From: Lepidodermella squamata
Taxonomy: Eukaryota > Animalia > Gastrotricha
Length of the DNA stretch: 64,000 nt
Reading direction: 5' to 3'
Assembly: GCA_047495785.1 (NCBI GenBank)
Contig: JBLDXI010000009.1
Coordinates: forward strand, 3,968,001-4,032,000
A program made the position numbers and the translations under genes. Below are positions 1 through 12,025 of the stretch, piece after piece. The notes beneath the pieces were generated by a model, which was not told the DNA's origin, did not search any database, and worked only from the letters and a program-made list of their open reading frames with translations. Every line of letters begins with the position of its first letter. Position 1 is the stretch's first letter.

Positions 1-321
1 GTTGCTTGGTTGGTCAACTGTAGCTGCCATCGTAGCTGCGTAGTAATAGCAGTTTGCCACGCGCTTCTTTACCAGCGCGCGTTTCCAAATATGCTCATTG
101 AAGAGAAACAAAAAATTGAAATGACTGTTTCCCACTTCGGCACTTATCAATGATTATATGAAAGGACCATCTCGAGCTTTGACTGCTCAAATTTATATAA
201 CAGCTAAAATTTAGAATCTGCGGACATAAATCTGCCAGTTCTCTCTACGAAAAGAAAGGAAAATAGCGTCAGATGAGCTGTTTCATTAGATCAATTAGAA
301 AAAATACCCAATCACTCAACG

Positions 322-1049
322 ATGCCTAGCTACAAGCTGTACTATTTTAATGTAAGCTGCATTTTTTTCAACTTCATGATAAAAGCAGCTATACAACTTT
401 GCTGTACCAGGCCCGAGGGCGAGCTGAGATCTCTCGCATGCTCATGAACTATGGTGGAATTGCCTTCGAAGACATCAGATACGAGGACGATGAGTGGCCA
501 AAAGTTAAGCCGACAAAGCCTTTTCCTGCTGGGCAAATACCAGTGTTGGAAATTGATGGAGTCATGCACGGGCAGAGCTTGGCGATAGCACGATACTTGG
601 CTCGAGAAACAGGTTGGTGCAAGCGATCGATCATATTAAAATGCGGCACTGATTGATTTATTACAGGCCTTGCTGGAAAGTCATCACTAGACCAGTTGAA
701 AGCAGAAATGATCGTTGATTCTATCTACGACCTTCAAAATAAAGTCTGGGACCGGCAGTTCTACGCCAAGACGGAAGAAGCGAAGCAAGCCATTTGGACC
801 GAAATATCAACTGCAACAGCTCCTCGAGTTTTCGATTTCCTCGACAAGTCCGTAGGAGGGACCTATTTCCTTGGAGATCAATTCACATGGGCTGATTTGG
901 CGTTTCTTGACGCTTGCGATGCTTTCGATTCAAACAATGTCACGCAGTTCATGGAACGGTTCCCAAGACTGGTCGAGCACCGCAACCGGCTTAAGAAAGA
1001 GCCGAAAATTGAGGCCTATCTCGCTAAACGGCCTCAAACTGATTGCTAA
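322..1049 (+). CDS. Sigma-class glutathione S-transferase, copy 1 (exons 322-351, 411-612, 667-1049)
   Basis: Spliced product MPSYKLYYFN-ARGRAEISR...GQIPVLEIDG...GQSLAIARYLA...TWADL...AYLAKRP; catalytic Tyr8 present; GT-AG introns of 59 and 54 nt; AATAAA follows at ~1094. Confidence 0.95.
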
Positions 1050-1532
1050 ATAATTGCATCGCCGATCAGATTTTCTGCTTGTAGTTGAAGCAGAATAAAT
1101 TGAGGGACAGCATTTTGCGGATTTCTGTGGCCTACTCTAAAACAATCTTTTTCGTCTTTTTAGTGGTATTCATAATATGAATTTCCTGATATTTAGTTGA
1201 TCGGTTATAAAAACAACCCAGTCGGGTTTTTTTTATAGCCTCCGCTATATATAATGAATCTCCAGGTACGCCGTTCATGGTACAAGCTATAAGGTATAAG
1301 GTAACATGAGCTGCATTACTGATTCTACGTTAGATTCCATGCTTTTTTTATAGCCGTTCAACTGAATGCATTATAAAAAAAACCGGCTCGTGTCGGTGTG
1401 TCTGCATTAGAATTATTATCGCACATACCTTATCGAATAAGCTTCTGGCTCTAGAATTGTGTGCTATGAAAACTTCTTCTAATTCAATATTCCGTATCAC
1501 CGATTACTTTCTAGGTTTTGCTAAAATACTTG

Positions 1533-2250
1533 ATGCCGAATTACAAGCTGCATTATTTGGACGTTAGTTGTTTGCTGAAGTGGATTTATTCTCATTTCCA
1601 TGTGCGCTACAGGGCCGTGGCCGAGCTGAGATCTCACGTTTGATCCTTAGCTACGCTGGGGTACCTTTCGAAGACATCCGCTATAGTGATGCGGAGTGGC
1701 CCAAGGCTAAGGCGTCCAAAGGTTTCCCTGGAAATCAAGTTCCGGCTTTGGAAATTGATGGACAAATTTTCGGGCAAAGCATGTCGATAGCGCGTTATCT
1801 AGCCCACGAGACCGGTGAAATTCATCAAATTCAAATTTTGGCTGATTACCAAACGTTTTTATTTCAGGACTTGATGGCAAAAACGCAATAGAGCAGTTGA
1901 AGGCCTCAGGTATCGTGGACTCGACTTACGATCTGCTGAACAAAATTTGGTCTCGCTATTTCTACTTCAAATCCGATGTTGCCAAGCAAGAGTTGTGGGA
2001 TGATATGACGAAAAACGTTATTCCACGAGTTTTTGGCACCTTGGATAAAGCCTTGAGCGGTGACTACTTCCTCGGTGATCATGTTACCTGGGCTGATTTG
2101 GCTTTCCTGGACGCTTGCGAGACTTTTGAAGCCAACGAAGTGATCCCCTTCATGGAGAAGTACCCACGCCTGGTTGAGCTTCGTAAAAGGCTGCAAAACG
2201 AACCAAAAATCGCAGCCTACTTGGCCAAGCGCCCAAATGCTCCGTGGTGA
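1533..2250 (+). CDS. Sigma-class GST, copy 2 (exons 1533-1562, 1613-1814, 1868-2250)
   Basis: MPNYKLHYLD-GRGRAEISR...QSMSIARYLA...TWADLAFLD...KRPNAPW; same intron positions as copy 1. Confidence 0.95.
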
Positions 2251-2469
2251 AACATGGAGCTCTGATATTTGCAACAACATTTATTTCTTTGTGTTCTTAG
2301 TTATACATAACATTTCGCCTTGTACTATGAATAAATCACTTCGTAAAAATAATGTTAGGACTTGCTGGGAGATCATTTCTCTGTGTACTACACTACTGAA
2401 TAATTTTTCATTGTGAAAACACTATATACGGGTTGAGCCAAACTCTGCAAGTAATTCGTAAATTTAAAA

Positions 2470-2600
2470 TAAAGCTGAGAATAGGTTGATGGTAAAGCGA
2501 AAATGTAGAACATTAGAAAAGCTGAACATATGATATGATAATATGATGCTTTTCTAATGTTCTACATTTTCGCTTTACCATCAACCTATTCTCAGCTTTA
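2470..2600. repeat. Perfect fold-back inverted repeat (53-bp arms, 25-nt spacer)
   Basis: 2470-2522 TAAAGCTGAGAATAGGTTGATGGTAAAGCGAAAATGTAGAACATTAGAAAAGC is the exact reverse complement of 2548-2600. Confidence 0.95.
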
Positions 2601-2673
2601 CTAATCCTCTCGGATTCTTCCGATAGTATTACCATCAACGCTTCTCAGAGCAAGGAACCCAGGAAATCATCGT

Positions 2674-2744
2674 GGCGCGGTGGCATAGTGGTGAAAACGC
2701 ACCCTCCCGGTCAGAGGATCCGCGATCGATCCCTAGCACCGCCA
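2674..2744 (+). other. tRNA-like / tRNA-derived SINE head (Pol III A and B boxes); probably not a functional tRNA
   Basis: GGCGCGG-TGGCATAGTGG (A box) ... GATCGATCC (B-box-like) ... CACCGCCA, 71 nt; the acceptor and anticodon stems pair only partly. Confidence 0.5.
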
Positions 2745-3060
2745 CATGATTTTTCAGTGGTTCCATTAGTATATATTCGCAGAAGCTTTTCTAATGTTTT
2801 AAATGTAAAATGGTGAACATAAAAGTCAATCTTTATTGCTCAAAAAGGTAAGAACCACGGAAGAAAAGGTTCCTTGGATCATATGGAAGAATATTGTTGG
2901 AAGTTCGAAGATTTCCAGATTTGTGATTCCAATTAGATCTATCATCAATTGTTTTTAATTAAATCAAACTGTTAATCGATTCGGATAATTTTTAGGTGCG
3001 ATTTCTTTTTGAAACATTATTTCACCACGAGGCGTACCTGGACGCGCGCCTTGATTTAAA

Positions 3061-3267
3061 CATGTGACGTAGATGTTGACGGACGCAGGACCACCCCGAT
3101 TTTTTGCCTGAAAACATCGCGAAAAAGATAATGAGCCAAGCTCATTATCTCGTTCGATTTATCATTGTTTTGATGCAGAGGCCGGGCCGAATTTCTGAAT
3201 ATTCGTGTTTTGTGGCTCAGGCAAAAAATCGGGGTAGTCCTGCGTCCGTCAACATCTACGTCACATG
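3061..3267. mobile_element. MITE, P-element-like (51-bp TIRs, 8-bp TSD GATTTAAA)
   Basis: TIRs 3061-3111 and 3217-3267 (CATGTGACGTAGATGTTGACGGACGCAGGAC...) differ at one base; GATTTAAA is present at 3053-3060 and 3268-3275. Confidence 0.92.
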
Positions 3268-4230
3268 GATTTAAACGCCTGATTTTTGTCCTATTATGTT
3301 TTAATAAAAGATCCAAAGGTCATTGTGGCTAAAAATAACCTCATTAGCCGTCAAACTTAATGTGTGACCTATAAATTAAGCTTGAAGGCAAAAAATGCAG
3401 TGATAACAGCGTCAACAAGCAAGTCGAAGTAATTACTCATGCCCGCATTTGACTCAGAAAACACGCATAGCTTTAGATGCTAAAAACATCTATTAACCTA
3501 TTAACCTATTTATAGCGACAGATAAATATGATGGCAGCACGGCGCAGTCGCTATTATACCGGTCTAACAGGCGGACGGGGTTCCAGCCCGATCAAAGTTC
3601 AGTGGCCTCTTCGATCAGAAAAAAATCACATGCAAGGAAAAAATAAATAAGTTTGTCAACGGGTCTGTATGCGATTTTCTTTGTCAACACATACGACCCC
3701 GGCAAAAAAATTATTACAAATAACATTTTTCATACGAGTATGTGCGCAGAACTTCCCAATTTTAAATCCGGCAATTTTTCTTCCCTTCTCACCACGCATT
3801 CGTCGCTAATCAAATAATGCAAACGGGTGCCTTGATGGAACATGCAGCCAACGTCATGTTTAACCATCTTATGATGTTTTTGCCCAGACCATAATATGAT
3901 AATTACATATAAGCCTTTTATAAGCTGCCATTTCAGCCAAACATATTAACCTCACAAATTTACTTCATATGTTTTTATAAGCGAATTTCCTGCAGAAATG
4001 CCCAACTACAAGCTATACTACGTCGACGTAAGCTATTCGGCTCTTTTTACTTTTGAAGCATAGATGAAATGATAGGGCAAAGGTCGTGCCGAGATCTCCC
4101 GTATGATACTAAACTATGCGGGCGTTCCTTTCGAGGATGTCCGCTACGAGCCCAATGTTGAATGGCCCAAGGCCAAGGTATCGATCGCCTTTCCTGCTAA
4201 TCAAATTCCTGCTCTTGAAATTGATGGAAC

Positions 4231-7200
4231 CATAGACAATGATGTAACAGATCGGACACTCACGCACTTGCCTGTTTACGTTAAACCATAAATTTGCACA
4301 CTAATTTAAATGCATTGATTTAAAAGGTGAAAATAGTCGTAGGCCTCGGAATTTTTTGAAACTTGGACCTAAAAATTCCTCATCTTTCAAGGATGCTAGT
4401 GATGCAAACTTCGAGGTGCGGTTCCTTCCCTATGATTTTTAAATTAGGAAAAAAGATTGTAGCGATTTTTGTCAGTTGTTAAGTCTATTTTCAAGTTTTT
4501 TTTAGCGCCACTCAAAATTTGATTGTTACGAAAAACGAACATCTGTGGCACACTCCATTTTTATTGCAATTTTTCAGCTTTAATTTAAGTCGATCGAAAA
4601 ATAGTAGATAGATATCAAAATAGAAAAAAATTGAAGCGTTTTTCATTTTTCATTCACATGTTTTGGTTTTGAGCCGCTTTACGGCTTTTCGTCGGTTGCT
4701 TCATAGCCACCTGCCGCATTTTGAGCTCATGGCGAAGGAAAGTTCCAGCCGCAACAGCGACAATCGATTTGAAGAGTTGATGAGAGTGTGGCGCAGCACC
4801 GGCGTCGAATTCTTGGCATAGGCCGTCAAGAAGCACCGGCCTGGCACAAGCCGCGTAAAAAAGCGTTCTTTGCACGGCAACGATGGGTAGTGAAGTCCTT
4901 AGGTAATAGTCCAGATTTTCACGTATGATCGACCGGACGGATTTCACGATTCGATATACCGTCAATGACGGGCGAGTGAGACTGAAATCGTACAACTTTT
5001 AGATAACGAATTCCAAGCAAAATGTTTATTACCATAATTTTCCGTCTTGTTTTCGAAAACTGAAGCCCTTTATCACACGGCATGGAGTCAGAAGGAAATC
5101 GCGTGTCAGGGAATCGATACAGCCGGGGCATTTCAGCTTGTCAGTTAGAAGTTTTTTGACGCAAAATCCACCAATGTTGGCAATAATTTCTTCCCCAATT
5201 AGGGGGAGCGTTGCTTCGTACTCCATTCCTCTTTGCAGTAACTCGTCTTCAGCTTCAATTTCGTCCCATTCAGTTAAATCATGAAGCTCAGCAACCTAGA
5301 ATAAAATAAAGTTGTTAAGAACAAATCTCCATATAATTCAAGTCTCAATTATCGAGGCAAAATCAACCTTGGTCTGAATAAAAAAATATCGAAAAATTCA
5401 AAAAAATTATGGAAAAATCAATTTTTAAATTTTAAATTGAATTAAATCAATTTTCGAATTATTTTCCAATAAATGAGATTTTGTTTCATAGATTTATAAT
5501 AAAACCTACAACAAAATTTCTTTCACAATTTTGCAGCCTATACTAAATATTTTTATCGGTTTCAATATTTTGGAAAAAAATAAAAATGAGCACAATTTAA
5601 GGAGGATCATCACTCACTTTTTGGCTGCTATCGTCGCCATCATACAGCGGTTTTTTGATGTGATCGAAAATCGTCACTTGGTTGAAACGCATGGTTTTTT
5701 CGACGTTTCCCTTTGCCAATACATATCTCTGGATCATATAGCCCCGGATAGCAGCAATCAACTGCTCTGGGGTCGGATTCATCGCAAAACCATTGAATTG
5801 TCGAGCAAACGAGAACAACAACTCTAGGCTGTCCTGTAGAAAATAGTAAGTCGCGACGAATGCAACGTCACAGCTGAATAAGAGGTATTCAACAACAGCA
5901 ACAGTCGTTCTTATCGCTTGGACCATTCCACGCACGCCAGATTTCAATGTGCTTTCAATAGCCTTGTTGCCAACAGTGTCGGTGAAACTCAGTAAAACAT
6001 CGATGCCATCTTCGAGGTGAGATTTCCAGGTCGGGAAGGTTTCCTTGCGAACTGGGCGCCGATTGGGTTCGACATCGGAAAGATTGCGCTGGTTGAGGCA
6101 GTCCCACACTGTGTTAATAATTCGGCACAATTTCTCCGTGCCTTCGCTATTTCCGAAATTCGTCTGATATTGAGGGATGCTACGCAGTACAGCAAGGGCA
6201 TTGGCGACGCTGCCGCTGAAAATTTGTACAGCGAGTGTCACCTTCATCGGCCACTTTGCCCAAGCCAAGTGAGAACTGGTCAATTTGGTGCGAAGGTGGA
6301 GGCCAACTGCATCTTGGAGATGAACCAGTTCAACGACGTGGAGCCAATAGGCTTTGTAAATCTGGCCACGGTAGGTAAAAACTAGAATTCCCCATTTGGC
6401 AAAGAGAGCGCGAATTAGTTTTAAGCAATGAGTTGCGTCTTGGCTCCAGTACCAACTCGACTCATGCGCAGCTGGAAACGGCGAGAAAATTTCGGTCGGA
6501 ATTTCTTCAAAACCTTCCATGGTCTTTACATTCGCCCGGTGGCCATCGGCAGTAGTTACAATAGCGTGCAACCCTCGCGTTACAAACTCCTGTCGAATTT
6601 CCTTCAGAACTGCTGACTGAATTGTTTCGCAAGTCGATTCTAACAACAAGAGGCAAACCGGGTAGCACACGCCACCTGACAGTGAAACAGCTAAAAAAAC
6701 TACTGCTTCGTGCGGAGGTTTGCCGAGCTGACTTTCAACATCGGGCAGGGTGTTGAATGATCCCGCGTCAACCAAACCGTGAACTGTTTCATCACCGAAA
6801 TGGAAGTACTCGCCCCTTTTGATTACCATAGCGTCCATTTGGATCACGTAGTGACGCTTTGATGGCGATTTAAAACGAATCGTTTCAAGGAGAGACAAAG
6901 CCAATTGATTAAGCCCAGGCTTAACAACAACTTGAGCCAGCCATCGACGAACTGTTCGCTCAGACGGCATGCATTTTCCGAAATATACACGAAGTTTCAT
7001 TCGAGCAGAGGGCTGCAAACCTATAAAAATAATTTAAACATTTACCGGAAAAATTAAAAAATTCGAATTAAAAAATGTACAAATTAAAAATAAAAAAATA
7101 AAAAAATGATTTCAAATAACATATTTTTCCGAATTTTCCGAAGTGAAAAAATTCAGATCGGTAAAAAGTATAATAATAAAAATTAATCAACGTATATTTA

Positions 7201-8513
7201 AAAACTATATGAATAATTAGGGAGATTTTTGATCATTTCTATAATTTTATTGAAGCTTCAATTTGTTAAAATATGATTCGTAAATTCGATACATGAAGTA
7301 TAGTTGTTTATTAGTTATAATAAAAAATAGCCAAAAAAATCAAAGATTTCTTTGAACCTGTTGCCATTTCCTTGAATAAATTTGAGTATCGTCGTCCTTT
7401 GAGCGGCTTTGATGCAATTGTTTCCATCTCGTCAACTAGTTGCTTTCCAACCTCGCCCAGGGAATTTCGCTTTTGGTGTATTTTGTTCAATTGATTTTCA
7501 AGCGACTTCATTTTTCGCTTCATTCTGCTGCAATTTGTCTTCGCTATACTGAGTCTTGCTTTCAGTTGTTCTCGGGTGAATTGGGTTCGACCAGGCCGCC
7601 GGGCCGGCAATTCTTTCACGGCGACGGCTGCAGAGGTCGATGCAACGTTTTCCTGGGACTGGAGAGGTAAGCCGTTAGAACCACCGAAACTGTCTTGTCC
7701 GGAAGAATTTTCTGCATCTATTTGTCCACCCGAACCCGGGCCTTTTGATTCGTTAATTTTGTAAATCCCGAATTCGAGTTCATTATTGTTAAATTGGTGA
7801 AGCTTTCCACCTGAAGGCTTGCGCCTTTTCTTGAGTTCCCGAACGCGGCTGGCTCGCGAAACAAGCGCGAGTCGAAGCGAAATTTCATCTTCGTCCTCGG
7901 CCAAATTGAACTCCTTCTTCATCAGCTCTCTTTGGACTTTGTGGGTGGCCTGTCTCCAAGAAATTAACCATGAGAATCGAACTTTAACAACCCGCATATT
8001 AAGAAATGCCGCATGCCCGCATGCTATATTAAGAAATATTAAGAATGTTAAGAAATTAAGAAATCAGCAAAATTAAGAATTAACTGAAAACTAAACATGT
8101 TAGGTTTGCATTTAAAATGAAACTCAATAAAAATGGGTAGGAAATAGATTTCAAGAAATCCTCCTTAAAAATTTCCTCTGAAGTGCTGACTTTAATGACA
8201 CATGCACACAACAACTTTACATTTTTCGAATGCTTATTTTTATCGAGTGAGCATGGCACGCGATGACGCAACACAACAATACAGAGTGTGAGTAATCGAT
8301 TTTTCGATATTGATTTTCTCGGCAACGAAATCGAACCGCACTACGGGACTTGGATCATTATTACCGTAAAAAAATGCCCGATTTTTCGATATTTTTTTCA
8401 AGAATTTAGGAGAACAACGACTTTTCGGCCGGATTTATAATGGCCGATCCACGCATAATTAGTGTTTCAATGCGAAGTGCGTGAGTGTCCGATCTGTACC
8501 ATCATTGTCTATG
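4231..8513 (-). mobile_element. P-element superfamily DNA transposon, 4283 bp, apparently autonomous
   Basis: 39-bp TIRs at 4231-4269 and 8475-8513 (CATAGACAATGATG[TA/GT]ACAGATCGGACACTCACGCACTT, 2 mismatches); 8-bp TSD GATGGAAC at 4223-4230 and 8514-8521; internal P-type transposase gene. Confidence 0.96.
4654..7922 (-). CDS. P-element/THAP9-type transposase, 4 exons (7922-7358, 7020-5618, 5295-5033, 4981-4654), ~852 aa; start codon tentative
   Basis: Motifs RYS…MPSERTVRRW, IQMDAM (D), TADGHRAN (D), DATHCLKLIR, MKVTLAVQIFS (GTP-binding insertion region), QDSLELLFS…NPT (E), and C-terminal IGGFCVKKL…CPGC…PS. Intron phases sum to one continuous frame. Confidence 0.88.
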
Positions 8514-9227
8514 GATGGAACGATGTATGGGCAAAGCTTGTCTATTGCTCGCTATCTAGCCCGGGAAACGGGTTAGTTATATATGGACAGCCAGTTCCCT
8601 TGAATCAATTCGTACACAAATAATTGTAGGACTTGCTGGGCGGTCATCTCTCGATCAATTCAAGGCGGAGGGCATTGTTGATCTGGTTTATGACCTGCTT
8701 ACGAAGGTTTGGAATCGCCAGTTCTTTGTTAAATCTGAGGAATACAAGAAAGAGCTGTGGGAAGATATTACTACTGATTCTGCTACTCGAGTTTTCGCTA
8801 ACTCGGACAAAGCTTTAAGCGGTCCCTACTTCCTCGGTGACTACATTACCTGGGCTGACTTGGCTTTTCTAGATGCTTGTGACTCATTTGACAGTAACAA
8901 CGTGACGCCGTTCATGGAAAAGTTCCCAAGGCTCGTTGAGCTTCGTAAACGACTTCAAAGCGAACCCAAGATTGCTGCCTATTTGGCCAAGCGTCCGAAC
9001 TGTCCTTGGTGAACTCGAATCTATCAGGAATGACGTGCAGCCGCATGGGGAAGAAGAATACTGAATGACGATTATGAACTAAATGAATTCGAATCACCCT
9101 GCAGTTAAAAATTGATATTAATGTTTTGGCCAGTTTTTTCCAATAAAATGTTGACCTATTTTCCTTTCAATTTAGCCACTGCAGACTAGGTAGTAAGCAT
9201 TCATGCCTTTAAAGATGGAATAAGGGA

Positions 9228-9385
9228 CCCTAGTGATAAAATCGGTTCCAACCACCTGAAAAAGTGCAGATTGCATCAAAATGCTGCTGATGAATTGACC
9301 CGTCCATATTGAGCTATTAAGCTAAAACGGGTCAAATTCAGCAGCATTTTTTGTCAGGTGGTTGGTGGGTGGATTTTCACTAGGG
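9228..9385. mobile_element. Degenerate palindromic MITE-like element
   Basis: CCCTAGTGA..AAAATC…CCAACCACCTGA…AAAATGCTGCTGA…TTGACCCGT is mirrored by ACGGGTCAA…TCAGCAGCATTTT…TCAGGTGGTTGG…GATTTTCACTAGGG. Confidence 0.7.
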
Positions 9386-9823
9386 GTTGCTACAACTAAA
9401 TTATAAACGAGTCAGTCCGATATTTAAAATAATCATTACAACCTGTTTGACGCTAAAGTGAAGCTACCCAAATGCATTATCTGCAATAATCTAGCCGCTC
9501 AGTCGGTCAAAAATCTCAGGGACGCCTCAGGCCAGATAACAAACCCACATGCAGTCGTATCTACCGGCAAAACAAGTTGCGGCTAATATGATAAATCTGA
9601 GGTTCTGAGACCGGGTGCCTCGACACACCACCGAGTGGGCTGTAATCATATGCTCTCATGTGAATAAAAACTGGCGTGGCTCATGTTTATGCTAGATTAT
9701 TCCATCCACCGCATGCTACAGCCTATTTAAACGCTATTGTTTCGAAGCATTAAATAACCACATTCATTCTCTGTTAAACACGTTGTAATTTCTAGCAGTT
9801 GATTAGCATTATTGAATAGCATC

Positions 9824-10554
9824 ATGCCAAACTACAAGCTGTACTACTTTGACGTAAGCTTCCAGCTTCCATTTGGTTCTAATCCAATGAAACTTTGCAA
9901 ATTCAAATCATAGGGTCGCGGTCGTGCCGAAATCTCGCGCATGATCTTGAGCTATGCCGGTGTTCCTTTCGAGGATGTCCGTTACGAACATGACGTCGAA
10001 TGGCCCAAGGCTAAGGCTTCCATCGCCTTTCCCGCAGGCCAGATTCCAGCACTTGAAGTCGACGGAAAGATGTACGGGCAAAGTCTATCCATCGCTCGCT
10101 ATCTGGCCAGGGCGAATGGTATGTTCAAAATTGCACCGTTTTTGTTAAGTTAACATTACATTGGAATATAGGTCTTGCTGGAAAGTGCGACCTTGAACAA
10201 CTAAAGGCTGAGGGTATTGTCGACACGATTTATGACCTTCTCAACAAGGTTTGGGCACGTCAATTCTATGCTAAATCGGAGGAGTCGAAGCAGGCCATGT
10301 GGGAGGATATTTCCGCCGTCAGTGGTCCTCGAGTGTTTGCTAGCTTGGACAAATCTTTGTGCGGGAACTACTTTCTTGGCGATCATGTTTCCTGGGCTGA
10401 CTTAGCATTCCTCGACGCATGTGACACTTTCGATGGAAGCAACGTTTCTCCAATGATGGAGAAGTTTCCGCGCCTGGTTGAACTTCGCAACAGGCTGAAA
10501 GGCGATGCCAAAATCGCTGCCTATTTGGCCAAGCGTAAGCAAACACCATGGTAA
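9824..10554 (+). CDS. Sigma-class GST, copy 4 (exons 9824-9853, 9914-10118, 10172-10554)
   Basis: MPNYKLYYFD-GRGRAEISR…GQIPALEVDG…QSLSIARYLA…SWADLAFLD…KRKQTPW. Confidence 0.95.
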
Positions 10555-11004
10555 ATGGGCGAAATATCGGAGGAAAAACTATTGAGGCAACATTTGAAAA
10601 TATTTTGATGCTTCAGATTCTTTCTTGATCGATCGTTGAATAAAAATGTGATTTACATGTGCACCTCATCTTGGCATCTGTTAGTTGGATGCCCTTTCCG
10701 ATCTCCCAAATCACAAGACCAAATTTGTAAGCTGACGGTTCCAGAACAAACAATGGAGAGATCTGTTTAAATTGTTCTTTTCCAAGTCTCGCAAGTTACG
10801 AATAAATAATTCAGCTATTTTTCGCGAGACCGTTTTTTCGTGACAGCCGTAAATTCTATGATAAATAAATGTCTAACCTGTAAACCAGCTGTCCGTTTTA
10901 ACGACGAGATAAAAGCGTAAGGCCACACAAAACTTTTCTGCCCTGGTGTGGTTACCGCAAGCATTCGCAGTATTTGAAATAAGAAAAAGTTTACGGAAAT
11001 TATC

Positions 11005-11672
11005 ATGCCAAATTTCAAGCTGTTTTACTTCAATGTGAGAGTCTCAGTCAGTGAAATTTGTTCGTCTGTTGCTAATAAAACTTTTTCAAGGGTCGCGGCC
11101 GCGCGGAGCTATCCCGCCTGATTTTCAACTATGCCGAAATTCCCTTCGACGACGTTCGTCTGGATTTTGAACAGTGGCGTATCTTAAGAGATTCTGGCAC
11201 TTTCCCAAGCAACCAACTACCATCCCTGGAGGTCGATGGCGAGCGGTTTGGACAAAGTCTTGCGATTGCACGCTACTTGGCGAACGTTAGCGGATTGGCT
11301 GGCAGTTGCATACTAGATCAGTTGAGAATAGACAGTATTGTTCATTCAATATACGACTTACTGGACAAAGTTCTCGATTATCAGTTTCACACTCCGAAGG
11401 AAGAAGGCAAGAAATTGTTGTGGGCCGAAATATCAAACACTATTGCTCCACGGGTGTTTGAGAACTTGGATAATGCGCTGTCTGGGGACTACTTCCTAGG
11501 TGACAATATCACTTGGGCAGATTTGGCGTTTCTAGACGCTTGTGATTACTTCGACACTACGAAGGTTACTCTGTTAATGGTACCATTCCCGCGCCTTGTG
11601 AAGCTACGAGACGACGTGAAGAGCAATCCGAATATTGCTGCCTACCTGGCTAAACGCCCGCAAACGTGGTAG
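11005..11672 (+). CDS. Sigma-class GST, copy 5 (only 2 exons: 11005-11034, 11091-11672)
   Basis: MPNFKLFYFN-GRGRAELSR…ARYLANVSGLAG continues without the second intron…TWADLAFLD…KRPQTW. Confidence 0.93.
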
Positions 11673-11892
11673 GCAGGGAGAAGTTTCGCGATGGCCTAAA
11701 AATATATACCTATTAATCTATTTAGAAACCTTTCTTCAAACCATGATTCGAATAAAATTATGCATTTGATTCAATAGGATCATGCAATTTTTTTCATTTG
11801 TTCTGATCTTCTTGTGGCTCATCGGCTCTGTGTCGCTCTGTGGCGTCATGAAAAGCGAAGTTTCGGGGCAGCAAATGTATATTGTGTCCGGA

Positions 11893-12025
11893 TTCTTTCG
11901 TGACAGCTGGTCCTGTTAACCGACTGTCTGGTTTCAAGGACGAGATAAAAGCGTCAAGCCGCAATTCTGTTGAGCGCTCTAAATTGCTCTGCCCTGGTGT
12001 CGGTACCGCAGATTATATTCAATTT
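11893..12025 (+). repeat. Diverged duplicate of the GST5 upstream region (10833-10980)
   Basis: Shared blocks TTTCGTGACAGC, GACGAGATAAAAGCGT and TCTGCCCTGGTGT..TACCGCA occur in the same order in both places. Confidence 0.75.

Larger units (their letters stand above)
3998..9012 (+). pseudogene. Sigma-class GST, copy 3, interrupted in exon 2 by the P-like transposon
   Basis: Exon 1 3998-4027; exon 2 4076-4230 resumes at 8522-8571 (…LEIDGT|MYGQSLSIARYLARETG); exon 3 8630-9012. Removing the element and one TSD restores an uninterrupted ORF. Confidence 0.93.

Noticed and set aside
1192-1390. Imperfect inverted repeats between GST1 and GST2
   Set aside because: Mostly A/T runs with no definable ends or TSD; at most an old MITE remnant.
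3533-3610. Second weak tRNA-like A/B-box pattern
   Set aside because: Too degenerate; no convincing stems.
5029-5031. In-frame stop that seems to truncate the transposase
   Set aside because: It lies inside a 51-nt GT…TTTCAG intron (5032-4982); splicing restores the frame.
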